A stretch of DNA of 64,000 nt, from positions 21,204,001 through 21,268,000 of the forward strand of contig CM097886.1 in assembly GCA_044892525.1 (NCBI GenBank). Reading direction: 5' to 3'. Below are positions 1-11,578 of this stretch, one piece after another. Every line of letters begins with the position of its first letter. Position 1 is the first letter of the stretch. This DNA comes from Schmidtea polychroa (lineage: Eukaryota). The notes under the pieces were generated by a model, which was not told where the DNA came from, made no database searches, and was given only the letters and a program-made list of their open reading frames with translations. The position numbers were made by a program, and so were the translations under genes.

Positions 1-229
1 CATTGAAAAATATTTCATTAAAATTTCTATTAAAAATTACTTAAAAAAATATTTCATAAAAATTTTCATTAAAAAATTTCAATTCTCAAACACCTATTAT
101 TTCAACTTTTTGTTAATAAATTTAAAAATCTTACTTTAATTAACTTTAATTTACTTATTTAAAAATTATTACTATAATTTACTTATTTAAAATTTTTTAC
201 TTTGATTACTTAATTTTAAAATTTGGACT

Positions 230-845
230 ATTATTTACTTTAATTTAATTTTTAAGGACCATAATTTACTGTAATTTAATTTTTTAGGACCATTGATTAC
301 TTTAATTCAAAAATCTGGACCATAATTACTTTAATTCAAAAATCTGACCCCATGATTTACTGTAATTCAATTTTTAGACCATTATTTACTGTAATTTAAT
401 TTTTTAGAACCATAATTTACTGTAATTTAATTTTTTAGAACCATAATTTACTGTAATTGAAAAATTTGGACCATAATTTACTGTAATTGAAAAATTTGGA
501 CCATAATTTACTGTAATTTAATTTTTTAGGACCATAATTTACTGTAATTCAATTTTTAGACCATAATTTACTGTAATTCAAAAATCTTAGCCCATAATTT
601 ACTTTAATTTCATTTTTTTAGAACCATAATTTACTGTAATTTAATTTTTTAGGACCATAATTTACTGTAATTTAATTTTTTAGGACCATAATTTACTGTA
701 ATTTAATTTTTTAGGACCATTATTTACTGTAATTTAATTTTTTAGGACCATAATTTACTGTAATTTAATTTTTTAGGACCATAATTTACTGTAATTTAAA
801 AATCTTAGCCTATAATTTACTGTAATTCAATTTTTAGACCCAAAA
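230..845 (+). repeat. 30-31 bp minisatellite (ACCATAATTTACTGTAATTTAATTTTTTAGG) within the element TIR
   Basis: Units start at e.g. 623, 654, 685, 716. The same array occurs at ~42340-42930 and inverted at ~28880-29040. Confidence 0.95.
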
Positions 846-879
846 TTTGCTTTATTTTAAAAATTTACCACGCTTTTTT

Positions 880-1225
880 AGTGTAGACCGCCTTTTTGTA
901 TTGAAAATCCCAGGACCATCAAGACCCCCTCACTATAGTCTGAAAAATCCATGCTTTTTTATTGAAGACCGCCTTTTTCTATTGAAAAAAATTTTTTGTA
1001 TTGAAAATCCCAGGACCATCGAGACCCCCTCACTATAGTCTGAATAATTATTGGCTTTTTTATTGAAGACCGCCTTTTTCTATTGAAAAAAATTTTTTGT
1101 ATTGAAAATCCCAGGACCATCGAGACCCCTTCACTATAGTCTGAAAAATCCATGCTTTTTTATTGAGACCACCTTTTTCTATTGAAATTCTCAGGACCAA
1201 GGAGACCCACTCACTATAGTCTGAT
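880..1225 (+). repeat. ~101-bp subterminal repeats (GTATTGAAAATCCCAGGACCATCGAGACCCCCTCACTATAGTCTG)
   Basis: Four units with the CACTATAG core at ~931, 1032, 1133, 1213. The ORFs called at 847-1281 are by-products of the repeat. Confidence 0.9.
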
Positions 1226-2789
1226 AAAAAAAAAATTTGGACCAAAAATCCCTGAACGCAAAAAAAAATTACGGGAACCAAAAAATTACGGGAACAGGGG
1301 GGTGGGTTAATTGTTCCCGGGAGCTCCTAACTACCTACTAGCCTTATCTCTCACAGATATCAAGATATTTTTCCATTTTCCTTTTTTATTAAGCCGCCTT
1401 CTCCCGACAATTTTGCTATCTTTGACAGCTTTTTTTCCTATTTAGTTTTCCTGGAATTTGAAATTCCACCTTAATTTTCTTGTTTGTTTTTTTTATTTGA
1501 TTTATCTTTCTCATTTCTAATTTCTTTTTACTTCCGTTTTCTTTTCTGAGTTCCCATAAATCGTCCCCTTTGTCATGGCGATCTTCCGCCCAGGTAATTT
1601 ATTTATTTATTATGTTATTTATCATTTAGGTATCTTCAACAGATTTAATTCTTTTCCACTTTTTATGTATCCCCAGGTTCTATATTTTCTTTTTCTCTAA
1701 ACTTCCTAATTTGTCTTTTCCCATTCCTTATATACTCTTCGAAATCGGGATGACAAATGGTTATTGCTGAGCCAATCTTTCTCCTGACATTCGTGTCCAC
1801 ATATCTGCTTCGGCTATCACTCAGAATGGTTCGATGATAATTAATAACCCGCCGGGCCTTTCTACACGTACTATATTTTTCTTGGTCTTCTCCAATTAAT
1901 CATTGTGACAAGATAATGGTCCTAAATTTTCCTGTTTACTTTTCTCTTTGTTTACCCAACTCGGGATTTCTTTCTACTAGCTAATTAATTAATTAATTTA
2001 TTTCATTTTAATTAATTTTTTTCTTTCAACTTCCTCATAAAAGTAATTTTGAAAAAAATATTAATTTAAGAAATCTGGAAGGTAATGAGTTAATTCACAT
2101 GTTGAATTTATTAATATAATAAATTTTCATAGAAAGATTTTTTAGAAAACACAGTTATGACGTATAGAATCTGGGTCAGATGCTAGAATAAGTTAACATC
2201 ATAATGAAAAGAAAGAAAAAAGTGTAGGTTAAAAAAAAGAAATTTAACCAAAGATGAGGTAGTTTGAGTTATCGAAAAAAATTCCAAAAAAGGAAGCTGA
2301 CTTCAAAATTTATCGAAACATCCTGGAGATGATGGGCGAGTCATGGTAATAGCAAGAAATCAAGGCAGGGAGAATGAAATTTATTCAAAAATATATTGAC
2401 ATAAAAAATTAAAAAGTGTTGTATATATAACCACCATGAAATATTTGAAAATTGAAATATAATAAATTAATTGTAAAATTTAATTGCGTTTCTATCATCT
2501 TATCCAGAAATGCGAAGAAGCATTATACAGAAATTATACAAAATAGAGGCAGTGATCAGTATTCAAAATGCCAAGAAAAAGAAAGAAGAGAAAAAACACA
2601 TCCATCAATGTTATATTTAATAACTATTTGCTAGCATTAATTATAATGTATTTTCAATTCACTACAATGAATTAATAAAATAAAAATATAAAAAAATTCA
2701 TTTAATTATTTAGAAATATTTTTAATTCCAAATTGAAAATTATTCCTCAAAATATAAAATATTGAATTTTTGCACGATCACATGACTTT

Positions 2790-2877
2790 CTCACCAAGGC
2801 GAGAAAGAAAAATTTTGCAAATAGGGACCCCAAATCTGCATCTGCTTAGGGCACCCAAAAGTGTAAATCCGGCCCTG
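2790..2877. mobile_element. Solo hAT-type terminal sequence
   Basis: GC-rich end ...GTAAATCCGGCCCTG (reverse complement CAGGGCCGGATTTAC) resembles a hAT TIR. No partner end found. Confidence 0.4.
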
Positions 2878-3528
2878 GGTTTATTATAAATTAATTCATT
2901 TATTTTAATTAAAATAAAGGCAAATATAACAAGTTACGATTTGGCAAACTGTTGCAAGGCTTCACAAAATCGAAAAAGACGCTCTGTTTAATTAAAAAGA
3001 TATTTCAAATTGTTCAACGATCTTTGCAATGTAATTAATCATAAAAATGAACGAAATTAAATGTAATCGCTGTTTCCGCTGATTTCATTCGGGTTGATAG
3101 GCAGTGCCTATTAGGCACGTAAATTGTCAATTGAGTGGAAAGGTCAAAGTTCCAAACAAGTTCCTTGTTGGATATGAATTAGAATTCAAAGATCATTTTC
3201 GAGATTTGAAGAATTATAATTAAATTTGAAGAATTATATTAGAGTACTTCTATGCTGTTAATTTAGAAAATTCATCCAAACAAAATCACCTATCCCACCT
3301 TAGGAGAGAAGTTTTCAAAATCAAAGATAAATAAATTTCTTTATAAATTTATTAATATTATTAACATTTATTTTTAATTTTTATCTTGTTTTTGAATGAG
3401 AAAATTTGAATAAAAATAGAATATTAAAAACTGTTTATAAAAAACTGTTCACTAAAATTTTCATTTCTTTTACCAGATAATTTAAGTATTCCGAGTTCCT
3501 TGGGCAAACAATTGCACCGGCCTCATTA

Positions 3529-5440
3529 TTAATCAACCACATATTCACTTACTTCATTCAAAAATTTGAAATTCTCAAATACCAAGTCCAATTGAAATTC
3601 TGAATTAATGGATATGATGCTTCCTTTTCGGCTTCTGCCCATGGCAATCAGTGGCACAATAAGACTATCGGGTGATGAGGTTGAACTGTTTTTTTTCATA
3701 AATCTTCTAGCCGGGTACAAAGATGAATAGATCGGACAATCAGTAAAATGTCGAGATTCGGCATCGAATTTCTCAATTTCTCGTTCATCAACTTTACCAT
3801 TATGTAATTTGCTCAAAAGATACTTTATCATTGTTTCTTTCTTCCGCTCCTCACACTTGCAAACTTCATCGACAAACTGCAAAACAATTTAATGAAATTG
3901 ATATTTTCAAAATTAAAGAAAAATACACAAACCATTACAACATTTTATTGGGGTCATTAAAGGGATCGAAAACTCCGAGAACTAACATTAATCCCAAAGA
4001 AAGTTCAATAAAAAAAAATTAAGCCAAAGGACACTTAAAAGAATTTGAAAGAAAGCTAATAAAATGATTTGTGTGGAAACTGAAGATGAATAGGGTCTAC
4101 CAATGAAATTATAGTTGTTTTGTGTTTGCGAATTTGGAAGCTCGTTTGGAGAATACTCGGACTTGTTATTTTATTGAAGAACAAGAGGGTTATAAAATAT
4201 GTATTAAACGATTTCTTCATAAACACTAATATTTTAAAGCCATGCCTTTTTTTATATAAGACCTAATAGATAATAATGAGTGATTGAACCGTTTGGTTCA
4301 ACATGCGCCTTGAATAGATTTTATAGATAATTGAAAAAACGAATTTAAAAAGTAATGGGGTTTTTAGATATAATATTAGTCGGCTAGTTTATGACTCCTG
4401 TTTTCTTTAATCAATAACTAACAAAACTCCCAATGTATATTGGCAATTAATTATTACAAGTTATGAACAAAATTTGATTGACTTCATTGCTCAATATTGC
4501 CACTTTACATAGTTTACAATAAAAATCACATCCTTAACCCATCCCACTCACATAAATTTTCCGATGTTTGTTTCTGCCACTCGAATTTAATTTACAAAAA
4601 TTTAGTGGAATTTCAAGAATCTATGTTGGAATTGGTAATGATTTGTCCACCTATCTCAGAAACCACAAATCGAAAAGAAGTGATGTTGGTGTCGTTTCCG
4701 ATTATGTGGGGTCAAGGAATGCGAAAAAGTAATGAGTGTTAAGCCAAAAAAAATTGACAAGAATTTTTACCAAGATGAGTGGAAAGGGTTAAAATAACTT
4801 CACGACTATCCTTCGTTTGAATTCTATTCTAATTATAAAATCTCTCCTGATTTCTTTTCTCGTTTCCTTGTTTTATCAGATTTTGCTTTGCTTTTTATAC
4901 TTGAATTATTCTTTTATTTTAATGGTTTAGAACTGAAATAATCTTCAACAATTTTCTAACCAACCCTTCGACTGTCATCTAAAAATAACCGTTATGAAAG
5001 AGACATTAAGGATTTTTGACATCGATTCCCCAACTATCATTGAACATATTGTCATAATAATGACCCTTGAATGACCATAAAATGATTCATTTCGTGGTCA
5101 GCGATGAGGGAATTATAATGGGTATTGAAAAAAGCTATATCAATACATAGACTTATGTAGACGAGAGAAGAAATAACTTAAAAACGCCAACATAAATGCA
5201 ATTATTAAATACATAACTTACCATATTAACAGGTTTTGATCTTTGGGGATATGGAAAATTGAAACTTCGGAATGATTCTGACAAGGAAATCTGAAATATT
5301 CCAATAATATATTATTCAATTAACTGACACGTTCACTTACACCTTTATCGGGATTTTCGTCAACGTTCAATTGATTTTCCTCCTCATCTTCATCAATAAA
5401 CAACATTCCATCCTTGATTATTTCAAACGCTTTTGTCTAA
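3529..5440 (-). CDS. Multi-exon gene of unknown function, family A (paralog at 54307-55000); exon structure only partly resolved
   Basis: 3' exon KCEERKKETMIKYLLSKL...EKFDAESRHFTDCPIY (ORF 3529-3882) and upstream exon KAFEIIKDGMLFIDEDEEE (~5350-5420) both match the 54-55 kb gene. Short GT-AG introns are visible. Confidence 0.55.
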
Positions 5441-6029
5441 ATATGGGAAATTATATAATAAGATTGTATTGTTTAAATAGACTAAATTAAAAAATTATAC
5501 TAATTATGTTAATTATGCTGTGGTCAATTACCACATTACATTATTATAATCAGTGCCGGGTTAACCACGTTGAACGCGTTTCAATTGAAACGGACCTACT
5601 TTAAAGTTGACAAAACAAAAAACAAATACTGGTACTTATTAATATTTCTATAGGCTCGATCATTATGATTTGTTTATGAGCATTGAAATATTCTCTGACG
5701 ACCGGTCGGACCCCGTTTACATTATCACATTCCTACTGTTTCAAATTATACTGGCAGAGTTCTATACTGCTGAGTCATGGTCATGTATCCTGTACAGATT
5801 TTTATAAAAGAATGGGCATACATAGTCACATAGTCTCAGTCTCAGTACCGAAAGTCGACCTCTACACCAAACACCACTGAGATACGTTCTCTATAGTGGT
5901 GGTTTGCGTGTAAAGCAATTCCACTCACCAATTTACTGTTTTTACAAATTAATCATCTTCATCAATTTACATTTATCATTTACTGAATAGATTACAATAA
6001 TGAATGTTTTTTGAAAATTTGTTTTAGCC

Positions 6030-6680
6030 ATTTTAGAAATGGCTTTCAGGTAAGATATTTAATTTTAAGTAAATTTTAATTCTTGAATTTTGATCAATAT
6101 AGATATGAGATCATTATTCAAGTTCTTAAATTTTACTTTTAGTCAACATTATAATTATAAATCATTTTTAATTAATTTTCAGGAATTTTTGATACTTTAT
6201 GACATTTATTTTGGAATTTTTTTTAAAAAATGTGAGTCCAGATATGTTTTTAATTATAATTAAACCAAAAATATGTATTTTTCTAAAAAATTTTGGGAAA
6301 AATCCGTGAATAATAAAAATAAAATAATTTTTGTAATTTTTTTTCTGAGCTCAAAATGAGGAGCTTCTTTCAGGAAAGCAAATCTGGATTGAAAAGACAT
6401 TGAACTAAATTCATCTGCTCTTGAAAATTTCATTAAAAATATGTTTTTAAAAATTTTCAGCGATCTTCTTTTATCTAAAAATTGTCTAAAATAGAATTAT
6501 TATAGAAACGTATCTCAGCAGTGCATTTCGATAAATCAAAAGTTTGTATGTGTTTTTTAGTATGTGTTGTGTTTGTGTGCAGTTTTTAATTTTTCTTCCA
6601 CTTTTCAGATTTCTATAGTATAAGATGTATCTGACTGCACTCTAAATGAGAACATCAACGCGAAATCAAAGTAAGTATGT
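6030..6680 (+). other. Exon/intron-like segment inside the hAT element
   Basis: Several canonical donors (CAG|GTAAGA, AT|GTGAGT, AA|GTAAGT) and pyrimidine-rich acceptors (TTTTCAG) spaced 50-130 nt apart. No clean spliced ORF could be assembled. Confidence 0.3.
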
Positions 6681-7126
6681 ATGTTTCTATAATGTAAGAT
6701 TATTGATTATTTTGTTATATTATAAGAAACGGTTCTCAGTGGCGTTTGGTGTAGTAAAGTTGCTGACTGTATCAAGTTCCGATATAGATAACGCAATAGC
6801 TGCGTAAATAATCCAAATCGAAAATTTCTCACGTCGATAAGCAAGCACACGTTCGATCCCGCAACAAATAACAAATAGTTCATTTAGCTGTTGGGTGCCT
6901 GCATCTGTAGTAGTATTTGTAGAAGTATGACATAGTACATATAATACTGCATACGGTACATAACATCGCGCAGTAGTATAAATTGAGTCAATTAAAGTTC
7001 GGGTTGTAGGATTAATGTAAAATTAAAACTAAAGTTAAAAAGTATTAAAGTTTTACGAAATTTAAAAATAGAATTGCAGCATTGCAGCACATAAAGCAAT
7101 TGATGATAGTTGTTATTTCTTGTAGG

Positions 7127-7602
7127 CCCATGAAGAACGCAACACTGCAGCAATGGAATCTTTAAAATTGTTTGTGGAATTCTACTCTGATGAAGTTACT
7201 GGTGGCGTCTATGATGAGTAGATTCAGTGACGAACATTTCTAATAGAAATCCGATCATTGGCGACAAAGAAAACACCGATGCAAATGTTGAAATTGATGA
7301 ATGAATTGAATCTGAAGACCGGGTTTCCAAATGTGTATGTTGCTCTGCGCATTTATCTTACTTTGGCTGTTTCAAACTGCACCGGTGAACGATCCTTTAG
7401 TCATCTCAAAAGTATTATAAATGCTGTTAGATCAACAATGGACCAGGAAAGACTAAGCAGCTTAACACTGATGGACATTGAATCTGAAATAGTTCAAAAA
7501 AAATTCACTTTCATGATATTATCGACTCTTTTTCAACTATTAAGTCGCGCAGGAGAGATTTTTGGCATTATACTGCGCGTATCGGTATGTTACCAGTTAT
7601 GA
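7127..7602 (+). pseudogene. hAT transposase C-terminal (dimerisation domain) remnant
   Basis: FPNVYVALRIYLTLAVSNCTGERSFSHLK...RSTMDQERLSSLTLM; stops upstream. Confidence 0.85.
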
Positions 7603-8599
7603 TTAAAAATACATCCATATTATTTCATATTTTTACGATATAGTATCTTTTGTGTAAGGCAGCAATTTATTTGTGAAACGGGCCTACAAAAACTTAATCC
7701 GGCCAAGATTATAATAAGTTATTATAAAGAACCAATTTGAATGAAGTTTAATAACCTTTGCGTTTGTGGATATTCGAGCCATTATATTTGTNNNNNNNNN
7801 NNNNNNNNNNNNNNNNNNNNNNNNNNNNNNNNNNNNNNNNNNNNNNNNNNNNNNNNNNNNNNNNNNNNNNNNNNNNNNNNNNNNNNNNNNNNNNNNNNNN
7901 NNNNNNNNNNNNNNNNNNNNNNNNNNNNNNNNNNNNNNNNNNNNNNNNNNNNNCGTTTGGTTTAATAAATTTGAAACTAAATCATTTCCTACAATCTGCC
8001 AAAATGAAAACTAGAATATTGAGTTAAAAAAAATTATTTGTTATGATAAATACACATTGATAAAAGTAAAATTTACAATAGTATACAGGTTTTATCTTTT
8101 TTTCAAGTTGAATTTGGTCACAAATTCACGGGTGTTTCATTTTTTTGAAGCTTAAAACATGTATATTGAAAGCATTGTGGTGGGTTACAAGTAATCCACA
8201 TCTTACCCAAGGTCGCTATACCACTTAATGCCCGTTGAGCAGTCAATGTTGATAATGTATCGAATGAGTGAGGACTTGGGAAAGGGAGCTTACCTTTACA
8301 CACTATAATAGGCAAGAGCTGAAACGGGTTCGCTGATTGTCGTTAGAAGGCCTGTGTCCGTTATATATCCAGGTCCCTACATTAGCAATTACCATCTAAC
8401 TGTAGCAGGTCTCGTCTAACAACTCAACTTTACTAGAACCCGCTATCTATTGACTTAATTATATCTAAATCCGAAGACTAGAAGCTACACCATTTATTCA
8501 ATTCACTACAATAATTGTATATTCGCATCCTGTGATGCACGCTTCCTTACGAGCACGTCGCCAGGCACCCTCCAATTTCCTAGTTTGACAGTCAGATTT

Positions 8600-8771
8600 T
8601 GTGCACATAAATATTTTTAGGACCATAAAATACCTTGGCTTTTTAGTGACAATCGGATTTTGTATACAAAAATCCTGGGTCCTTAAATTACCATGGAGCA
8701 CTAAAAATATTTTTCTAGGGTTGGGGGTGGACACCGGATAATCTGATCCAGAGGGCCACTAACTACCTACT
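8600..8771. mobile_element. Terminus of a related Polinton-like family; other end not seen (possibly in the N gap at ~7792-7953)
   Basis: Ends in the same 13-mer CTAACTACCTACT (~8759-8771), preceded by a G-rich tract and motifs shared with the big element's TIR (TTTTTAGGACCATAA, CTTGGCTTTTTAGTG, GGATTTTGTAT). Confidence 0.65.
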
Positions 8772-8811
8772 GACGATATATATTGATTATATGAAAACTT
8801 TCAAAATATTA

Positions 8812-9640
8812 TTAAAACAGACCACTTACCATTTCCGCCTCTTCTGTTGAGATATATCTCTTCATTTCAACAATAGATTTCTTCCTATTTTGAGTGATAT
8901 TTATAGGATTAATCGGTTTAGGTACGAGAATAGAAGATTTATTCATCCAATCTTTCAGTCTTTTCTTGATACTTTTTTTTGGTATCTTAATTGGTTCTAG
9001 ATTTTCAGGATTGTTGATGTTTTTAACGTTATTTTCAACCGTCTTCTTTACTGTATTAGTTTTACGTTTGCTAAAGGAAAACGACTTTTTAATTTTAGAC
9101 TTCCGGTTACTGTCAACAATATTTGGTGGATTAACCGTCTCGTCAATGGTTTTAGAAGGACTGTTCGGATGCGAGCAATTTTTTCTATCACAGTCTGGGG
9201 ATTTTGAAAGACACGTATGTAAATTGTTTGCAGATTTTTGTTCACATTTCAATATCTCTCTGGTGAACGATCTTTGGGTTTGATCTCGCTTTCCTGGGAA
9301 AATACTTAAATTAGTATATACATTACATTCTAATACCATTTTTGGTTCTATGAATTAAGGTTTTGAAAACACTCTCACAATTGTAATGAGGTTTGGTCAC
9401 AACTGTCTCAATTGATATAATCTGACCATCGTAATACTGATGGGTTGGGGACATTCTCGTTTGATGAGTAACTGTTTGTGATTTGATATAAAAATGATTT
9501 TCTTCTGTATCCTTAAAATAAAAGTAATCAGGATTATATTTATTTCAATTATTATTCCTAAAACGACAAAATGATGATAAATTTTTAATAAATAAATGAA
9601 AAACCATTTATTCCAAACTTTGCAAAGAAACAACATTTTT
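8812..9640 (-). CDS. Multi-exon gene of unknown function, family B (paralog at 61796-62530): conserved N-terminal domain plus Lys/Ser-rich tail
   Basis: Spliced reading NHFYIKSQTVTH...IISIETVVTKPHYNCESVFKTLIHRTKNG|KRDQTQRSFTREI with a 43-nt phase-1 intron; terminal exon ends at 8812. The 5' exons are uncertain. Confidence 0.65.
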
Positions 9641-9899
9641 AAGAATTTAAAATTTGGCTAAGTTTTGATAGTTTTTGGGAGTAATATGCAAGGCATTATT
9701 TGTTAGATCACAATCCCATTTAATAAACTAGTTTAACCTTTTGCCGAACTTACCCGTGCCTGACACAGGGGGCCTATTTTGATTGCATTTTTGTTCTTTA
9801 TAACTAGAGATAAAAATTAATTTTCTTATGTAACATACATTTTTGGCACTGCCTTTAATAAATAATATTAGATAAAAGCATTACCGAAAAATTGTTACA

Positions 9900-11578
9900 T
9901 AAGAAAACGAATTTTTGATCTATGCTATAGATTAAATTTTGTTGAAGACATAAAGAGCGGTAAATTACTTCATTTTAAAAATCTGAAGCAATATCACGAT
10001 GAGACCACGGCAATTATTGACACTAATTACTTCAGCATAGTTTTAAAAAACACGAAGGATGGATTCGCTAAGATATTCGAGCAATTCAAAACAAGCAAAA
10101 GTACTCTCGCGTTCATAGCAAATGATTAATTGTCGATTCTCGCGTCTGTGTGCGCTTTGTACTGGTTTTTGGAGGCTTTTGTGTGCGCACACAGACGCGG
10201 ACAATTGTGAATATGATTATTTTTATGATGATCGATTTTTTTGGGTTAAAAATGTTGAATTTTTTTGGACAGTTTTTGTTTTTTAAAAAGATTTTGAGCA
10301 GTGTTGTCGAGAAATTGATTGTTGGATTGGAATTCCGGTATTTTTGAAAATATATGGTTTTACATCGAATTTTGGGATTTTCTTCAAGGAATTCAATTAA
10401 TAAATCGAATTACTATGCTCTTCGATGCAACTGGGACGTTCACATATCTCAGGATGGTAAATGTGTGACGTGCAAGGATGGATTTATTGAAAGACTTGAA
10501 TCTGATAACTCAATGGAAAATAATGATGATGCCTTGAATGTTTCTCATATTATTCGTCATATTCCTGTTGGAAATACTACAAACGAAACTGATGGTTCTT
10601 TTTTAATAACTCCAAGAGATCCTGATAACTTAAATAATGTTTTTGGCCAACTAATATCAAATTTATTTGGTGGATTGCTGCCGCAGGATTTTAGATCCGA
10701 TTCTTCAGATTACATATTTTCAGATCAAAGTTTCGACAATTGTGTAACGAGTATTATGAATCAATTTGAACAGAGCGGTCCTCCACCAGCAAATGAGGCA
10801 GATATTGAGAAATTGCAAGTCAAGAAAATTACCTAAGCTAATGATACAGGTTCTTTTTGTCTTTTAGATTATGAGGTGGCCGATGAAGTGTATGAGTTGC
10901 TCCATCCAGAAACGCGGATGATTATAATAAGGACCAAGCTTCAAAGTACGATTAAACAGTAAATCCTCTCAGCACAAATACAAATGAGATCAACATAGAG
11001 CCATTTGGAATTGATGCTGAATCGCTTCAAATGCAAATTCTGGATTTGAAAACCAAAGACTTGTGGAAGAGTTAGAGGTCCAGAAATGCATGCACTTCGC
11101 GCAGCACAAGTGGATAGGTCTTAAAGAAATTCCTCGAGTTGAGGCCCTCATATTCGGCGCATGAAATATTCTTCCAGAATGCTACAGTGAGGTAAAGAAA
11201 CTGGCATATGGAGTGCTGACTATCTTCGGGTCGACATATTCGTGCGAGCAAGCGTTCTATTGCATGAATATAATAAAAAGTAAAGTTAAAGTCAACTAAC
11301 AAATAACAACTACAAGTCGTGCTTGAAACCTAAAACAACAAGTCATAAATCAGATTAAATCAAACTATCAAAAGGCACGCAAAGTCAATGCCCCCATTGA
11401 TGTAACTATCAATTATTTGTAATTTATATGAATAAATATTTTTCGGTATTTGAAGCCGTTTATTTTAAATTAAATATATATAATATTGAAAAGAAAAACT
11501 TTAGTGGTTCTTTAAAAATAAGAAATTTTGTTAATTATAACTTTTGGCGCTTCCGTTGCAATAGGTTGCTGACCCCTG
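9900..11578 (+). mobile_element. Buster/SPIN-type hAT remnant (3' half) interrupted by a host-gene insert
   Basis: Transposase pieces FVEDIKSGKLLHFKNLK...FEQFKTSKSTLAFI (to 10118) and VNPLSTNTNEINIEPFGID...LTIFGSTYSCEQAF (from 10960). Right TIR AGGTTGCTGACCCCTG ends at 11578, followed by ATCTATAG. Confidence 0.8.
10354..10905 (+). pseudogene. RNF126/RNF115-like E3 ubiquitin ligase fragment, intronless, with stop and broken RING
   Basis: N-terminal zinc-ribbon-like ...CVTCKDGFIERL and DY...SFDNCVTSIMNQFEQSGPPPANEADIEKL are typical of the family. TAA at 10834-10836 precedes a degenerate RING start (FCLLDYEVADEVYEL). Confidence 0.75.

Larger units (their letters stand above)
1..1339. mobile_element. 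Right arm and terminus of a second copy of the Polinton-like palindromic element (left part outside the window)
   Basis: Same module order as 42090-43834 (AT-rich block, 30-31 bp minisatellite, ~101-bp subrepeats, G-run hairpin). Ends in CTAACTACCTACT at 1339, followed by AGCCTT (predicted TSD, partner not visible). Confidence 0.85.
5551..7707 (+). mobile_element. Non-autonomous hAT element (2157 bp) with 8-bp TSD ATTATAAT
   Basis: Left end CAGTGCCGGGTTAA, right end TTAATCCGGCCAAG. ATTATAAT at 5543-5550 and 7708-7715. Contains a hAT dimerisation-domain remnant. Confidence 0.8.

Noticed and set aside
230-845. Regular ~31-bp repeats might suggest a CRISPR array
   Set aside because: Units are head-to-tail with no unique spacers, there are no cas genes, and the context is eukaryotic.
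7741-8027. ORFs spanning N runs (also near 45.1-45.4, 46.6-47.0, 50.5-50.9, 59.5-59.8, 61.1-61.3 and 62.5-62.7 kb)
   Set aside because: Artefacts of assembly gaps.
8894-9283. 129-aa hydrophobic plus-strand ORF resembling a membrane protein
   Set aside because: Antisense shadow of the Lys-rich family B exon.
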